A stretch of DNA of 63,869 nt, counting the filler, from Octopus bimaculoides (taxonomy: Eukaryota): assembly GCF_001194135.2 (NCBI RefSeq). It is 5 parts of 5 records of this genome, joined end to end, with 100 filler letters (N's around TTAATTAATTAA, not from the genome) between each part and the next. Parts side by side here need not be neighbours in the genome. Positions count along the whole stretch, not along the records: positions 1 to 29,405 come from NC_068981.1; 4 more parts are not named here. The stretch is one strand, 5' to 3'. This document shows positions 12,071-25,620 of the stretch, one piece after another (within the stretch, counting starts at the first letter, position 1; each line of letters starts with the position of its first letter). The notes beneath the pieces are model-generated. The model was not told the origin of the DNA. It saw only the letters and a program-made list of their open reading frames with translations, and searched no databases. Position numbers and translations under genes: made by a program.

Positions 12071-13389
12071 GAGCAAGATATTTGTTCGAAAGCAGCAATA
12101 ATTTTCAATGATAATTAAAGTTTCTGAATTAGGCACATTACAAGGAGTTTGTTAGTCAATTACATTGACCCCAGTACTTGAGTAGTTACTTTATTAACCC
12201 CTGAAGTATGAAAGGTAGAGTTGATTTTGATGGGATTTGAACTTAAAGTGTAAAGAACCTGAACAAATAACACAAGTTATTTTTCTGCCTCCCTAATCAG
12301 TTTGCTAGTTCACTGCCTTAATAATAATATTAATAATTTGTTCATTGGCCTTTTGGTCTTGAATCGTTGGAGATAAAACAAAGGCAAAGTGTAGAAGAAA
12401 ACTATGAAGACGGAACCTTAATGGGTTTTACATCAAGTAAAAACAGGGATCGATAAAGGCACACTAATAAAGAGATAAGTTGCAACAGAAATATAGGACA
12501 ATAAAATATATAAAGGTGGCGAACTGGCAGAAACGTTAACATGATGGTCGTAATGCTTAGCGGTATTTCATCTGCTGTTACGTTCTGAGTTCAAATTCCG
12601 CTGAGGGCGACTTTGCCTTTCATCCTTTCGGGGTCGATGAATTAAGTACCAGTTACGCACTGGGGTTGATGTAATTGACTTAATCCCTTTGTCTGCCCTT
12701 GTTTATCCCCTCCATGTTTAGCCTGGGCACTGAATAAGTGTGCTGGATGGTTTTCACAGTTCCTGTAGAATTTATCCTGAACAGACAAAACCCTTTTTTA
12801 ACATTGTCTAACCAAGTAAATTGTCAAGATGGCCCTGTTTACTAGTATAGTTAATGTAGGCCCATTTAGCCTGGCCAATTTCACCACTCCCAACCCCTTT
12901 CATAAAATATATTTGTGGTATCTACTTCCCCTTCACCTTCTTCTAAAGAAGTCAAATAAAGAGTAGGCTAAAGAGAAAAGTATCCATCTTCAGTCCTCTT
13001 TGCCTGTAGCCACCAGGCAGAGAGAAAATGCTTACCATTTCCAGCCAAATAAATGGAAGAGTATTTTCTTCCTGTTGAACTTAGCTGATAGCCAGATCCT
13101 CACCGCGTGAACTACATCTGTTAGACATAATTCCCCAGATCAACAATACTTGGACATTGAATTCTCTTGGTTCTGCCTTTTGTGTAAGTTGACATTACAA
13201 ATCTAACAGATCTCTAGTCTCTGTGAATATACTACATTCAATACTTAAATTGCAGCATCCTATTTCATTATCCCTGCTTATTTTGTCTGCCTATAATCAC
13301 ATGTTTCATATATAATTGTAATTCAATTACTTTCTCCCTTTCTACTTCCTTGTCTTATTCTCTCTCTCTCTTTCTTTCTCTTCATTTAG

Positions 13390-13599
13390 ACAACTTGCCT
13401 GCAAATTATCGCGCCTGTAACATCAAACCGGTCTTCAAAGATTCACCATTCATTAAAGCCTTCACAGAAGTGGCCGAAAACGGTCACGGTTGTTTCAGCA
13501 ATGAAACTGTCAACGGCAGTGAAGTCCATGTTGTCTTCTTAAGTAACCGCTTCAGGATCAATGGAGAAGTTTACCTGGAAATAATCACAAAAAATAAAA
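13390..13599 (+). CDS. TGFBR3: TGFBR3/betaglycan-like exon A (phase 1-1, 210 nt): xNLPANYRACNIKPVFKDSPFIKAFTEVAENGHGCFSNETVNGSEVHVVFLSNRFRINGEVYLEIITKNK
   Basis: ttcatttag acceptor, gtaagt donor, open frame. C...PF..AF.E...GC...EVHVV resembles human betaglycan LCELSPV...SGCAS...QEVHVLNL (recalled from memory). Confidence 0.85.
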
Positions 13600-14460
13600 G
13601 TAAGTTTTCTTTCAAATGTCAATCATTTTCCTTGTGTTTTTCATTCTTTTTATTTCCTTACAGACCTTTTTTCCCTCTTCTTTTAGTTACTTGAGTGTAA
13701 GTCTTTGCAGGTCATTCAATTTTGTGCATTATCCTGATCAATATATGACAGCAGTAAACTACCTTTGTTGTTTCAGTGTAGAGTCATCAGAGCTAGGCTG
13801 GCCCATTCCTAGGCTGGCCCATTCCAACTCAGCATTTCATCATGTTACAGTCTTTCATCATTTGTCATGATCTTTCATCACTTGTCACAGTCTTTCATCA
13901 TCTCACTCATCTGTTCTAGCTCAAGTGTTTCACTGTTTATCTTGTCTTTCATCATTTCACAACAGAGATAAAAAAAAAAAAATAGCATCAATCCTATGGT
14001 GTATGTCCTGTTTTTTTGTATAGCTAGATGCCTTGCCTTTCACCAGCCACATTACATTAGGCATGGATATATTTTGTCACACCACTATCGCAACTGCTAT
14101 AGATATATCATTGCAGAGACAAGGCAGTTGAATAGATAAATATGACTACATTACCTTCTCGTAGATCATGAGTTCAAATCTACTGTGGGTATGTAGTGTT
14201 TCTATAATGTAAAATACAAAACTCCCTAATCTATATTGTCTCAGTTAACTTATTTGTCCAGAACAGATATGAACTCATGTAGGAATGTTACCTGCAATAG
14301 CTGGTTTCCTCTTCAGAGTAAGATTTTATCCAACTACTTAACCCTATTAATACCAGAACTAACAAACCCATTTTTAAAAACCCTGCAAGACTTAAGGAGG
14401 ATACCTTTATTTGTTATGCTACATTAGGATAGTGGAAATAACTCAATGAAATAAAAGAAC

Positions 14461-14869
14461 ATTACTCTTTTACTCTTTTACTTGTTTCAGTCATTTGACT
14501 GCGGTCATGCTGGAGCACCGCCTTTAGTCGAGCAAATCGACCCCAGGACTTATTCCTTGTAAGCCTAGTACTTATTCTATCAGTCTCTTTTGCCGAACCG
14601 CTAAGTTATGGGGACATAAACACACCAGCATCGGTTGTCAAACGATGTTGGGGGGGGGGGGCAAACACAGACACACAAATACACATATATACATATACAT
14701 ATATACGACGGGCTTCTTTCAGGTTCCATCTACCAATCCACTCACAAGGCTTTGGTCGGCCCGAGGCTATAGTAGAAGACACTTGCCCAAGATGCCACGC
14801 AGTGAGACTGAACCCGGAACCATGTGGTTGGTAAGCAAGCTACTTACCACACAGCCACTCCTACGCCTA
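14461..14869 (-). mobile_element. Full-length SINE family A copy
   Basis: tRNA-like head, central microsatellite spacer and (cttttact)n tail. A second full copy lies at 60724-61178. Partial copies: 6316-6402, 20423-20665, 21589-21800, 21819-22111, 23408-23555, 25930-26084, 28690-28900, 30150-30520, 30590-30898, 34655-34782, 36540-36960, 62370-62495. Confidence 0.9.
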
Positions 14870-14907
14870 TAGATTAAGTTAAATCATTATTACTGTGAGA
14901 AAGAAAT

Positions 14908-15027
14908 GCTTACAGCACTGAAGTTTCTATCAGTGGTTACCCATCTATGTACTAAACTGGACAAGATGCTGCTTAACTTCGATGATTGGATGAGAACTGG
15001 TGTATTCATTGTGATATGGCTGTCATT
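14908..15027 (-). pseudogene. Full-length degenerate 5S rRNA pseudogene
   Basis: Reverse strand gacagccatatcacaatgaatacaccagttctcatccaatcatcgaagttaagcagcatcttgtccagtttagtacatagatgggtaaccactgatagaaacttcagtgctgtaagc follows the metazoan 5S consensus end to end, including A-box AAGTTAAGC and C-box GATGGGT.ACC, followed by T-rich atttctttct. Confidence 0.85.
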
Positions 15028-18000
15028 TGCATGCATGTGTGACTTGGTAGGATGTACCATACTTATGTAACTTGGTTTAGGTGTTGTAATCAGATTTAGA
15101 CTCCTTCATTCTTGATTTAAGATGAGAGGGTTTGATTTAGTGGAACATCCAGGAGAGAGAGGTTTTCACTAGTACCTGGCTCGTGGTACTCATTATAGCC
15201 TACTTAGGTGTAATGAGTACTATTATATCTGAGTTGACTTGAGCAACATCACTGAAGCCAGGAATTGAACCTCCAACCTAACTACAAAATTACACATCTT
15301 CACAAGTTACATTATGACAGTAATAAGGTGATAAGTTATAAGAATCATTGTGTTTGATGAAAATGCTCTCTGGTATTTCCTTTGGCACTTAATGTTCTGA
15401 GTTCAAATACTACTAAAGTCAGCTTTGCCTTTCAGGGTCAGTAATAAAGTGCCTGTCAAGTACTAGCATCAATTTAATTGAGTAACTGCTTGCCCTGTGT
15501 CAAAATTTGAAACTATTATTACATTAATAGGTTCTGCATTCAGAATATATACTATTAAATTTACTTCTGATTCCACGAAAATCAGCTATAGAACCCCTCT
15601 GGGATTGATTTAATGTGACTTTACACCTTTCAAATGATAAATGGTGTTATACTTAGACTGTTAAAAGTTCACATACAGTGTCCATCTACTAGTTTCACTT
15701 ATAAGGCATTGATTAACCAGCCCAAGCTACAGTGGGAGGCAACTTGCCCGAGGTGCTCTGATGTAATATATATTTCTTTCTTGCCAACTGGGGGCTAAAC
15801 ATAGAGGGGACAAACAAGGACAGACAAAGGGATTAAGTCGATTACATCGACCCCTGTGCATAACTGGTACTTTTTTAATCGACCTCGAAAGGACGAAAGG
15901 CAAAGTCGACCTCGGCAAAATTTGAACTCAAAACGTAACGGCAGACGAAATACTGCTAAGCATTTCACCCAGCATGCTAACGATTCTGCCAGCTCACCAC
16001 CCTAATCTAATATAGAACTTAAAACCACATTGTTATGTTGCAGGCGCCATACCCACACAACTAGTGATGAGTTGAAATCTAAACAGATTTGACATGACAT
16101 TCTCCATCTTTCTAGGTGCATAGGCAGCCCTTTTTTGACTTATCCTATTCAAAAGGTTTTTTAACCCAATATATGAATACAATTTTGAACCGCACTAAGT
16201 TGTGCCGTACCGTTTTCTTTTAATTTTCCTACCTACTAGCTCTTTATGAAATATAGATTATTATCATAGTCATTCCAGCCGTTTTTGTTAGAATATTTCT
16301 GTAGAAATAAGGTAGCGAGCTGGCAGAAGTGTGAGCATGCTGGGCAAAATACTTAGCAGTATTTCGTCTGTTTTTACGTTCTGAGTTCAAATTCCATCGA
16401 GGTCGACTTTGCCTTTCATCCTTTCAGGGTCAATAAATTAAGTACTAGTTGAATAGTGGTATCAATTTAATCGACTGGTATCAGTTTAATCGTTAGTAAC
16501 AAATGGATTAACTCTTTACCTATATTTCTACCGCCTGACTGGCCTTCGTAGGATTTTCGAGCAAGATCGTTGCCAGTGCCCCTGGACTGGCACTTGTGCG
16601 GGTGGTACATAAAATACACCATCTTAAGCGTGGCCGTTGCCAGTACCGCTTGACTGGCCTTCGTGCGGGTGGCACGTAAAAGCACCCACTACACTCTTTG
16701 AGTGGTTGGCATTAGGAAGGGCATCCAGCCATAGAAACTCTGCCAAATCAGATTGGAGCCTGGTGTAGCCATCCGGTTTCACCAGTCCTCAGTCAAATCG
16801 TCCAACCCATGCTAGCATGGAAAGCGGACGTTAAACGACGATGATGATGATGATTTACTTCTTAATGTTTATAGTTGAGGTGCTTGGCTTAGTGGTTAAG
16901 AATGTTGGACTCATGATCATAAGATTGTGGTTTCAATTCCTAAACTGGGTAGCACATTGTGTTCTTGAGCAAAACACTTCATTTCATGTTGCTCCAGTTC
17001 ACNNNNNNNNNNNNNNNNNNNNNNNNNNNNNNNNNNNNNNNNNNNNNNNNNNNNNNNNNNNNNNNNNNNNNNNNNNNNNNNNNNNNNNNNNNNNNNNNNN
17101 NNATATATGTATATATATATGTATATATATATGTATATATATATATAGATAGATAGATCACGGTGATGATGAAAACACACACACATGCATTGGCAAAAAT
17201 TCTGTCTTGGGTGGAAATTCAAATCATTGCTTTCTCATAGAGCATGCGTACACGCTTTCACACTCACTCATGCAAACACACACACATACACACACTGACT
17301 TTTGTGTTCAATGAATGATGATGTTAACAAAAAGGAGGAAGAATTTTGCTGATGACGACAAAATAAAGAAAAAAAACACATCGTATATCATCACTCCTGC
17401 CACAACCAACACCACCACTACCACCACCACTGCCGCTACTACTACTACTACTACTACCTTCATCATCACCTGTGACACCTACCACGTTCTAGTCTTCTTT
17501 TCTAACGAGAATAGTGCTATTAATTATTAATCATGCCAAAGGCAGCAAGCTGGCAGAGTCGTTAGCGCTCCAGGTGAAATGCATGGTGGCATTTCGTCCG
17601 TCTTCAGGTTCTGAGTTCAAATTTCATCAAGGTTGACTTTTGCCTTTCATCCTTTCGAGGTTGATAAAATAAGCACCAGTTGAACACTGGGGGTCAACAT
17701 AATCGACATCCCTCACCACCACCTCCCGAAATTGCTGGCCTTGTGCAAAAATTTGAAATCAGTATTAATCACAACACACCGTGAAGAAGAGATGATTAGC
17801 CGAGTTGTGTACAAATTGCCTGCCAGCATTTTGTTTTGGCTCTTTTATCTTCTGGGTTTAAATTCTTTAGGGGTCTACGTTACCTTTCGTCCTTCTAGTG
17901 TTGATAAAATAAAATATCAGTCAAATACTAAGACCAATATAATCGATTGTTCCATTCCATACTCTACCAACTTTGAAACGATGTGCCCAGGGGCCAACTG

Positions 18001-18178
18001 AGAGTATTAAAGGCCCTCGGGCATAACTGTTTACCGGGCTCCTTTGAATGTGTGTTTTAGTAGAGTTAACATGTAGCGTGCAGGCCCCTCAGAGCTTGAT
18101 TGACTGATGGCTCAGTCCACCCCTGCATGTGCCTATGTTCAAACCAAATGTTCAAAACAATATATGCTGCTGCTACTG

Positions 18179-18254
<76 letters not shown>

Positions 18255-18418
18255 ACTGGTACCACAACTACTATTTCTGCTATATTCATCAGTACTATAT
18301 TTGCTACCATAACTACTGCTGCTGTCCATACCTACCTGTAAACTTACCTATCAATCTGCCTACCCACTAATTTGCCTACCTGTGTACTTAATACCACCAC
18401 CTACCTGCCAAAACCACC

Positions 18419-18458
<40 letters not shown>

Positions 18459-18469
18459 TTGAGCCAGGA

Positions 18470-18775
18470 ATTGTCTGGGCAATGTGTTGGTGATGATGGC
18501 AAGGCAAAGCTTGAGTTGATTGGAATTTGGGTTTCAGATTGGTCCAAAGCTAGCCAGCAACAATGGTGAAATGGTGAGATTTGACAAAAGATCATAGGTG
18601 GACGACTTAATCTAGCAGCTTCTCATGCAGACATTGCCGAAGGCATTGTTGATGTCAAGTGTAACAACATTGCATTTTGCAGAAGTTCACAAGAGTCAGT
18701 GACCTAAGAAAAGCCAGCCTTCAGTAGATCCACTCTTCTACTGAAACCATAAAAATAGTCACTGAGAAGGAAGAG
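18470..18775 (-). mobile_element. Decayed LINE reverse-transcriptase fragment (CR1/Jockey-like)
   Basis: Frameshifted translation GFSRRVDLL...NVVTLDINNAFGNV...INSS resembles the GFR...LDISKAFD.V RT motifs. Confidence 0.5.
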
Positions 18776-19581
18776 GGGAGAGAGAGAGAGAGAGCAAGGT
18801 GATGAAGAATCTGGTTGTTAAATGTCTACTTTCATTATCTTTGAGATGTTTGAATTGTGAGAGAAATTTCTCTTTTTAAAGAATAGAAGAAACTGTTGCA
18901 TGTTTCTGAAGATTATGATTGATTTTTGGAGAGAGAAGAGGAGNNNNNNNNNNNNNNNNNNNNNNNNNNNNNNNNNNNNNNNNNNNNNNNNNNNNNNNNN
19001 NNNNNNNNNNNNNNNNNNNNNNNNNNNNNNNNNNNNNNNNNNNNNNNNNNNNNNNNNNNNNNNNNNNNNNNNNNNNNNNNNNNNNNNNNNNNNNNNNNNN
19101 NNNNNNNNNNNNNNNNNNNNNNNNNNNNNNNNNNNNNNNNNNNNNNNNNNNNNNNNNNNNNNNNNNNNNNNNNNNNNNNNNNNNNNNNNNNNNNNNNNNN
19201 NNNNNNNNNNNNNNNNNNNNNNNNNNNNNNNNNNNNNNNNNNNNNNNNNNNNNNNNNNNNNNNNNNNNNNNNNNNNNNNNNNNNNNNNNNNNNNNNNNNN
19301 NNNNNNNNNNNNNNNNNNTTTTTTTTTTTTTTTTTTTTTTTTGCTTTTGCTTGTTTTTTTCTCTCTCAGCAAGTTTGCTGCTGACAGCGCCATCTTCTTT
19401 TCAGGAGTGGTATGCAGGAGGATTCTGCAAAGTTCCTAGAAGCCCCTTGGCAAGGGTCCAGAAGACTCACATGCAGTTTGGCATTAGCGGGGTGTGAGAA
19501 AGAGCATGAGAGAAGAAAAGGAGAGAGAGAGAGATAGAGAGGGGGTGCCAGTATAATAATGTATTGTGAGAAAGGAGAAAG

Positions 19582-19612
<31 letters not shown>

Positions 19613-19974
19613 GTGAATTGCTAATGTAATGTATGCTGAGCGAGGGAGAGAAGGCAAAGGAATTCAGGATAGTTAGACTTCCTGGAACAACATTGAACAG
19701 AATACTACATGCTGCGTCACATGATCACATGGAAGGAGCATGTCATGTGACAACAACCCAAATAAGTAAAAAAAAAAACACATTAATATTGTTTTGTCTG
19801 TTTATATTTTTTCTATATTATTGTGATAATTATGTTTAATGCATCAAATGAATTTAAGAAATATAATGTTAATCCATTTTTGAAATGGGAATTAGAATAA
19901 TGATCCCTTATTTATTTAGTGTATTTATATATGTATAGATATATGTATGTATATATATGTGCCTTGTTTTTCAG

Positions 19975-20084
19975 GGCAAAGCCATCCTAATCCATTAATT
20001 ATTATCCTGGGATCCCGGAAGCAAGTAACATGGAAGATTCGCTTACCAAATATAGACAGTGGCAGAGGTGAACATCTAATTGTT
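19975..20084 (+). CDS. TGFBR3: TGFBR3-like exon B (phase 1-0, 110 nt): RQSHPNPLIIILGSRKQVTWKIRLPNIDSGRGEHLIV
   Basis: tgtttttcag acceptor, gtaagt donor; phase matches exons A and C. LIIILGS..QVTWKI resembles betaglycan VVFLLNSPHPLVWHL. Confidence 0.85.
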
Positions 20085-22013
20085 GTAAGTATTGGAATTT
20101 ATTGCCATAATGCTTTGTTTCCATTGTTACTATTTTTTACGCATACGAGTGTGTTCATGTGTGTATTTAATATACATGTACACTCACGCACACATTACAT
20201 AAATACTTGCATACACTACGCATATATGCACAAAGAGAATAGCATATCTGTTTATAATATTTATCTGGTTTATATATCTAAACTCTATTTTTGGTATTGT
20301 CATTAGTTTGTGAACCTTAATTAGCATTGCATGAGAAAATTTATAATGCTTACACAGCTGATCGAATTCATTTATGTCAGTCGGACAAACAAAATGTACA
20401 AACATATAATGGCAATATTTTTATTCTTTTATTTGTTTCAGTCATTTGACTGCAGCCATGCTGGAGCACCGCCTTTAGTCGAACAAATTGACCCCAGGAC
20501 TTATTCGTTGTAAGCCTAGTACTTATTCTATCGGTCTCTTTTGCCGAACCACTAAGTTACGGGGACGTAAACACACCAACATCAGTTGTCAAGTGATAGT
20601 GATGGGGGTGGGGTGACAAACGCACACATATATAAATATGTATGACAGGCTTCTTTCAGTTTCAGATGCCAAACAGGCATATATTATTGCAAACATGTAC
20701 ATATAATTTCTTACATACTGAAATTAATACCACATAAAAAAGGTTGCGAAACAGATGTAATCCAATTGAAGCAAAAGTGGTCTAATAAATCTGTATTCAC
20801 CTTTCATACCTCCCGATTTTCTGCACTATATGGCATGTGTAAGGACTTTCGAGCGAGATCGTTGCCAGTGCCCCTGGACTGGCTCTTGTGTGAGTGGCAC
20901 ACAAAATACACCATTTTGAGCGTGGCCATTGCCAGTACCACCTGACTGGCCTTCGTGCCGGTGGCACGTAAAAGCACCCACTTCACTCTCAGAGTGGTTG
21001 GCGTTAAGAAGGGCATCCAGCTGTAGAAACTCTGCCAAATGAGATTGGAGCCTGGTGTAGCCACCTGGTCCACCAGTCCTCAGTCAAATCGTCCAACCCA
21101 TGCTAGCATGTAAAGCGGATGTTAAATGATAATAATGATGATCTATGACAACAGATGAGATGGAATAGTAGAGATGGTAGCAGTGGCGTTATTGTTGATA
21201 ATAGAGGAGGAGGAGAAACATAATCTAGGAGATTTCTTGCAAAAGTCATGGTCATTTAGTTTCAAATATGAAATTAACTTTTGTTTCCTGCCCCACATAA
21301 ATATTATTACTTTCTCAACTAGTTTGATTGACAGATTGAACATTAGTGTCAAATGTTCTAATATATAAAAGAGAATGATGTTGTTGTTGTCAACGTTATT
21401 CAGCCCTAGGTCATCTCTGATTAAGTAGACCTATTATCAAAAGCATTCCTCCCATGATCATGTTTAATACTAAGATATCCAATGTTGTCTCAGATGTTAA
21501 CTTGTTTATGAGAGTAGGGTGGGATTTATGGAAAATTTGGCTGCTATTCCTAGCTGGCTGAAGAGTCACATAAAGTCACTTACTCTTTTACCCTTCAGTA
21601 TATTTGACTGGGGCCATGCTAGAGCACTGCCTTTAGTCGAACAAGTCAACCCCAGGATTTGTTCTTTGTAAACCTAGTACTTATTCTATCATTCCCTTTT
21701 GCTGTACTGCTAAGTTACAGGGACATAAACATACCAACATTGGTTGTCCAGCGATGGTAGGGGGACAAACACAGACACACACACACACCCACACACACAT
21801 ATATATATATTGATTTATAGGCGCAGGAGTGGCTGTGTGGTAAGTAGCTTGCTTTCCAATCACATGGTTGCGGGTTCATTCCCACTAGGCACCTTAGGCA
21901 AGTGTCTTCTCCTATAGCCTTGGGCTGACCAAAGCCTTGCGAGTGGATTTAGCCGATGGAAACTGAAAGAAGACCATCGTATATATATATGTTGTTATTA
22001 TTTGTATATTCTC

Positions 22014-22053
<40 letters not shown>

Positions 22054-22537
22054 GTGTGTATATGTTTGTGTATCTGTGTTTATCCCCCAACATCGCTTGA
22101 CAACCGATGAGTGTGATCGTTACCAGCGTTGCCATACTGGCACATGTGCAGGTGGCATGTAAAAAACACCATTTGAGCATGGCCGTTGCCAGTACCGCCT
22201 GACTGGCCCTCATGCCAGTGGCACGTAAAAGCACCCACTACACTCTCGGTGTGGTTGGCTTTAGGAAGGGGCATCCAGCTGTAGAAACTCTGCCAGATCA
22301 GACTGGATGGCATTAGGAAGGGTGCCCAGCAATAGAAACTATGCTCAAGCAGCCATTGGGACTTGGCACAGTCCTGTTGGTTCATTGGATCCTCCAACCC
22401 ATGCCGGCATGGAAGATAGTCATTAAATGATAATGGTGGTGGTAGTAGCAGTGTTGTATTGAGTTTTGTGTCACTGAGTTGTAGAACCAAACTTGTGTAC
22501 ACTTGTACAGATATGCAAATATTTCCTTTCTTTTCAG

Positions 22538-22721
22538 ACATATCTCCGTTCGACGGTAAAGTTCATCAAAAAGTTGGATTACGTAGACATCAGTAAATAT
22601 GGAAACTTTCCAACCCGTGCCAAGAAACTTCTGAAATGGGTTAAGAACAAATATCAGGTCATTACATCATACACTCGATTTCATTCCAGGAGTCGACATC
22701 TTCGGCTGCAAGTCGGAATAA
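22538..22721 (+). CDS. TGFBR3: TGFBR3-like exon C (phase 0-1, 184 nt): TYLRSTVKFIKKLDYVDISKYGNFPTRAKKLLKWVKNKYQVITSYTRFHSRSRHLRLQVGI
   Basis: cctttcttttcag acceptor, gtaagt donor. NFP....LLKW...Y..ITSYT...L.VG matches betaglycan NFPHGNEHLLNWARKEYGAVTSFTELKIARNIYIKVG. Confidence 0.92.
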
Positions 22722-24524
22722 GTAAGTATACTTTCATTGCACTTTATAATTTTACCATTTCATATTTACAATGAACGAAGGACATATGATTGTATTGCTT
22801 ATTATTTTTTTTTATTTTCATTTTATGCCACTCACGGTCAGTTGGTAGAGTGATGGCAGCATTGGATTAAATATATCTATAGTGTAGTTTACAGTTTAGA
22901 CTTCTCTTCTCATCACAGAACAGAATTTATTCCTCAGTTCTACCTCTGTTTCAGTATTTGCCAACACACAACATCCATCACTAGTTTCTTTGGATTCTGT
23001 TTATACTTACACATACACACACATACATAATACATATACATATGTACAATGGTATTCATATAAGCATGCTATCTTAAAAGTAGCATATTTGGCATTTAAA
23101 ATGAGTTTTGTATATAGGGAATATTAATGCCTGTTCTGATTCATAAGTATTCGTATAATCAGCATGAATGCATTACATTATGCCTCTCTTTGTATATATC
23201 GCCGTTATCATCATCATTTTTCTAACATCAACTTTTCCATACCTTTTCCATGGATCGGATGAAATTCTGTTGAGGTAAATTTTCTCTGGCCACATGTTCA
23301 CCAACCTTCACCTGTTTTCAGGCAAGGTAATATTTCTCCATGGCTAGACAAGTTCTTGCAGAAGATTTGACAAGGAGACACAAATGTACACAAAACTCAC
23401 TCACACATATGTGATGGGCTTCTTTCAGTTTCCATCTACCTAGATTTTGTTTTGCCTGAGGCTGTAGTAGAAGATATCTAACCAAAGTGCCATGCAGTGG
23501 AACTAAAGCAGAAACAGTGTGGTTGGGAAGCAAACTTATTAACCTCACAGCCATAACATACTCCTATTAATATATCTGTTAAGTTCTATCTCACTGTGTG
23601 GTACCTTGGGTAAATATCTGTTGTTTTGCAGTTCATCAGTGTCTTGTGATTTGAGTTGATTGACAGAAACTACGAAAACCTCACACAGACACACACACAC
23701 TCATCATTTATTGAAACTGAATTCTTGTCTCATGAAACTCAAACTTTCAATACCGCTTGTTTAGAGCACTCCTCTCTTATTCAATGCAGTTTGTTTATAT
23801 ACATACATTCATATGACTATAAATGTGTGTGTGTGTATGCATGCGCACACAGAACGATATGCCTACATATTTGTGTGTGCATGCGTATAATGCATTTTTA
23901 AAATACACTTTTTTTCTTTTGTGGTTGTAAGAGAGAAACATGAAAACAGATACAAAAAAAAAACGAGAGCAATTTTATTCACTTTCATGCTTGTTTTGTA
24001 TATGTATGCCACAAACATTCTTTAGTGAGATGTAAACATATCTATGCCGTTTACTCTTGCTTTTCCCATCCCCTAGATCATAACAAAATCTGCATTCAGC
24101 TATATCTATATAAAATATTTTTATAACATCTTTGTATATTTGTCTGCTTAATCTTATATAAGTATATCTGTGTGTGTGTATGTGTTTCTTTTTTTGTGCA
24201 TCTGTGTGTATATGTGTGTACAAATATTTATATCTGCATGGATATATATATATATATCAGTAGTTATCTGTCTGTCTCTATCTATTTGTCTGTCTGTCTG
24301 TCTATCTATCTGTCTGTCTGTCTGTCTATCTAGCTGTCTATATGTCTATCTATATGTCTATCTATCTGTCTATATGTCTATCTGTCTGTCTGTCTATCTA
24401 TCTATATGTCTCTCTATCTGTCTGTCTGTCTATCTATCTGTCTGTCTATCCATCTATCTGTCTGCCTGTCTATATATCCATCTATCTGTCTAACTATATA
24501 TCTCTCTTTCTATCTATCTCTCTT

Positions 24525-24587
<63 letters not shown>

Positions 24588-24727
24588 GTGTGTGTGGGGG
24601 GGTCTATGTGAATTTAAAGTATGTTAAAGGAAATGCATGAAAATTAGCTTTAACTATATACATATTGTGTGTGTGTGTTTGTAATTGATGTTTATTATAT
24701 GATTATTATTATTATCTTTCTGTTTAG

Positions 24728-24854
24728 ATTCAAAAGCACCATCACAGTGCATTTCACAGAAGAATGCAGAAATGCCTTATGCATCTACAATTTCCTACAA
24801 TAGCATACCGTTTGGAGGTTGTGCAGTAACCACAAACCAAGACTATTCTTTCAG
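24728..24854 (+). CDS. TGFBR3: TGFBR3-like exon D (phase 1-2, 127 nt): NSKAPSQCISQKNAEMPYASTISYNSIPFGGCAVTTNQDYSFS
   Basis: tttctgtttag acceptor, weaker AG/gtctga donor; bridges the phases of C and E exactly. P..C...GC spacing is as in betaglycan PPKC...AEGC. Confidence 0.8.
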
Positions 24855-25189
24855 GTCTGATTAACTATATTAACATTTTACATTGCATCTTGTGCATGCT
24901 CTTGTACGTATATGGAATTGTGTGTGCATGCATGACTGAGATAGAGAGACAGAGAGCACATGTATGTCTTGGTTGCACTGTCATTGGAAATTGACAGTTT
25001 TCATCTGTTCCTATATAATTCTTTAATTTTAATGTTATTCTGTTTTGTTTCTCTTAACATTATCATTGTCCTGGGGTTGATGCAATCGACTAGTCTCCTG
25101 TCCCCAAACTTCAAACCTTGTGCCTTTAGAATAAAGGATTATTGTTATTATCATCGTCATTATTATTATTATTGTTATCATTATTCACC

Positions 25190-25620
25190 ATTCTGGAGTT
25201 AACATCAAAGATGATGTTAAGATTAAAGAAATCCTTTAAGAAACCTCTCAGGGATTTCCTCAATCTATTCAATGCATCCCTATACAGTGCCCCAGTAAGG
25301 AGAGGAAAACTATCCATAATCTGTGAGAGGAGGTATAGGCCCACTAAGTCAGTCACCCGTGCAGAATCAGATGATCCCATGGTATTATCGAAGAAATTGG
25401 TGGAATCAACTCTCTGTCAATCACATCCGTTGCAGGATATGAGGGTCTCCCTTGCTGCTAATATTACATCAATATCTGAACTAGGTATATCCGCAAATTT
25501 GCGGGTGAAACTCAAAGCTTTATTCAGTAATATAGGGGATATAGAATTATAATAGTTCGAGATATCAGATTGTATGAAATCTAAATTAGGTTTATCCCAT
25601 CCCCTGTAAATTTCCATAAG
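25190..25620 (-). mobile_element. Penelope-like retroelement RT fragment (one in-frame stop)
   Basis: ORFs 25417..25617 and 25126..25380 share a frame: FIQSDISNYYNSISPILLNKALSF...ARETL...FFDNTMGSSDSARVTDLVGLYLL...ALYRDA, typical of PLE RT (FIQFDI..FYPSI, TMGSYDGAE.CELVGLY, GLYRDD). Confidence 0.85.
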
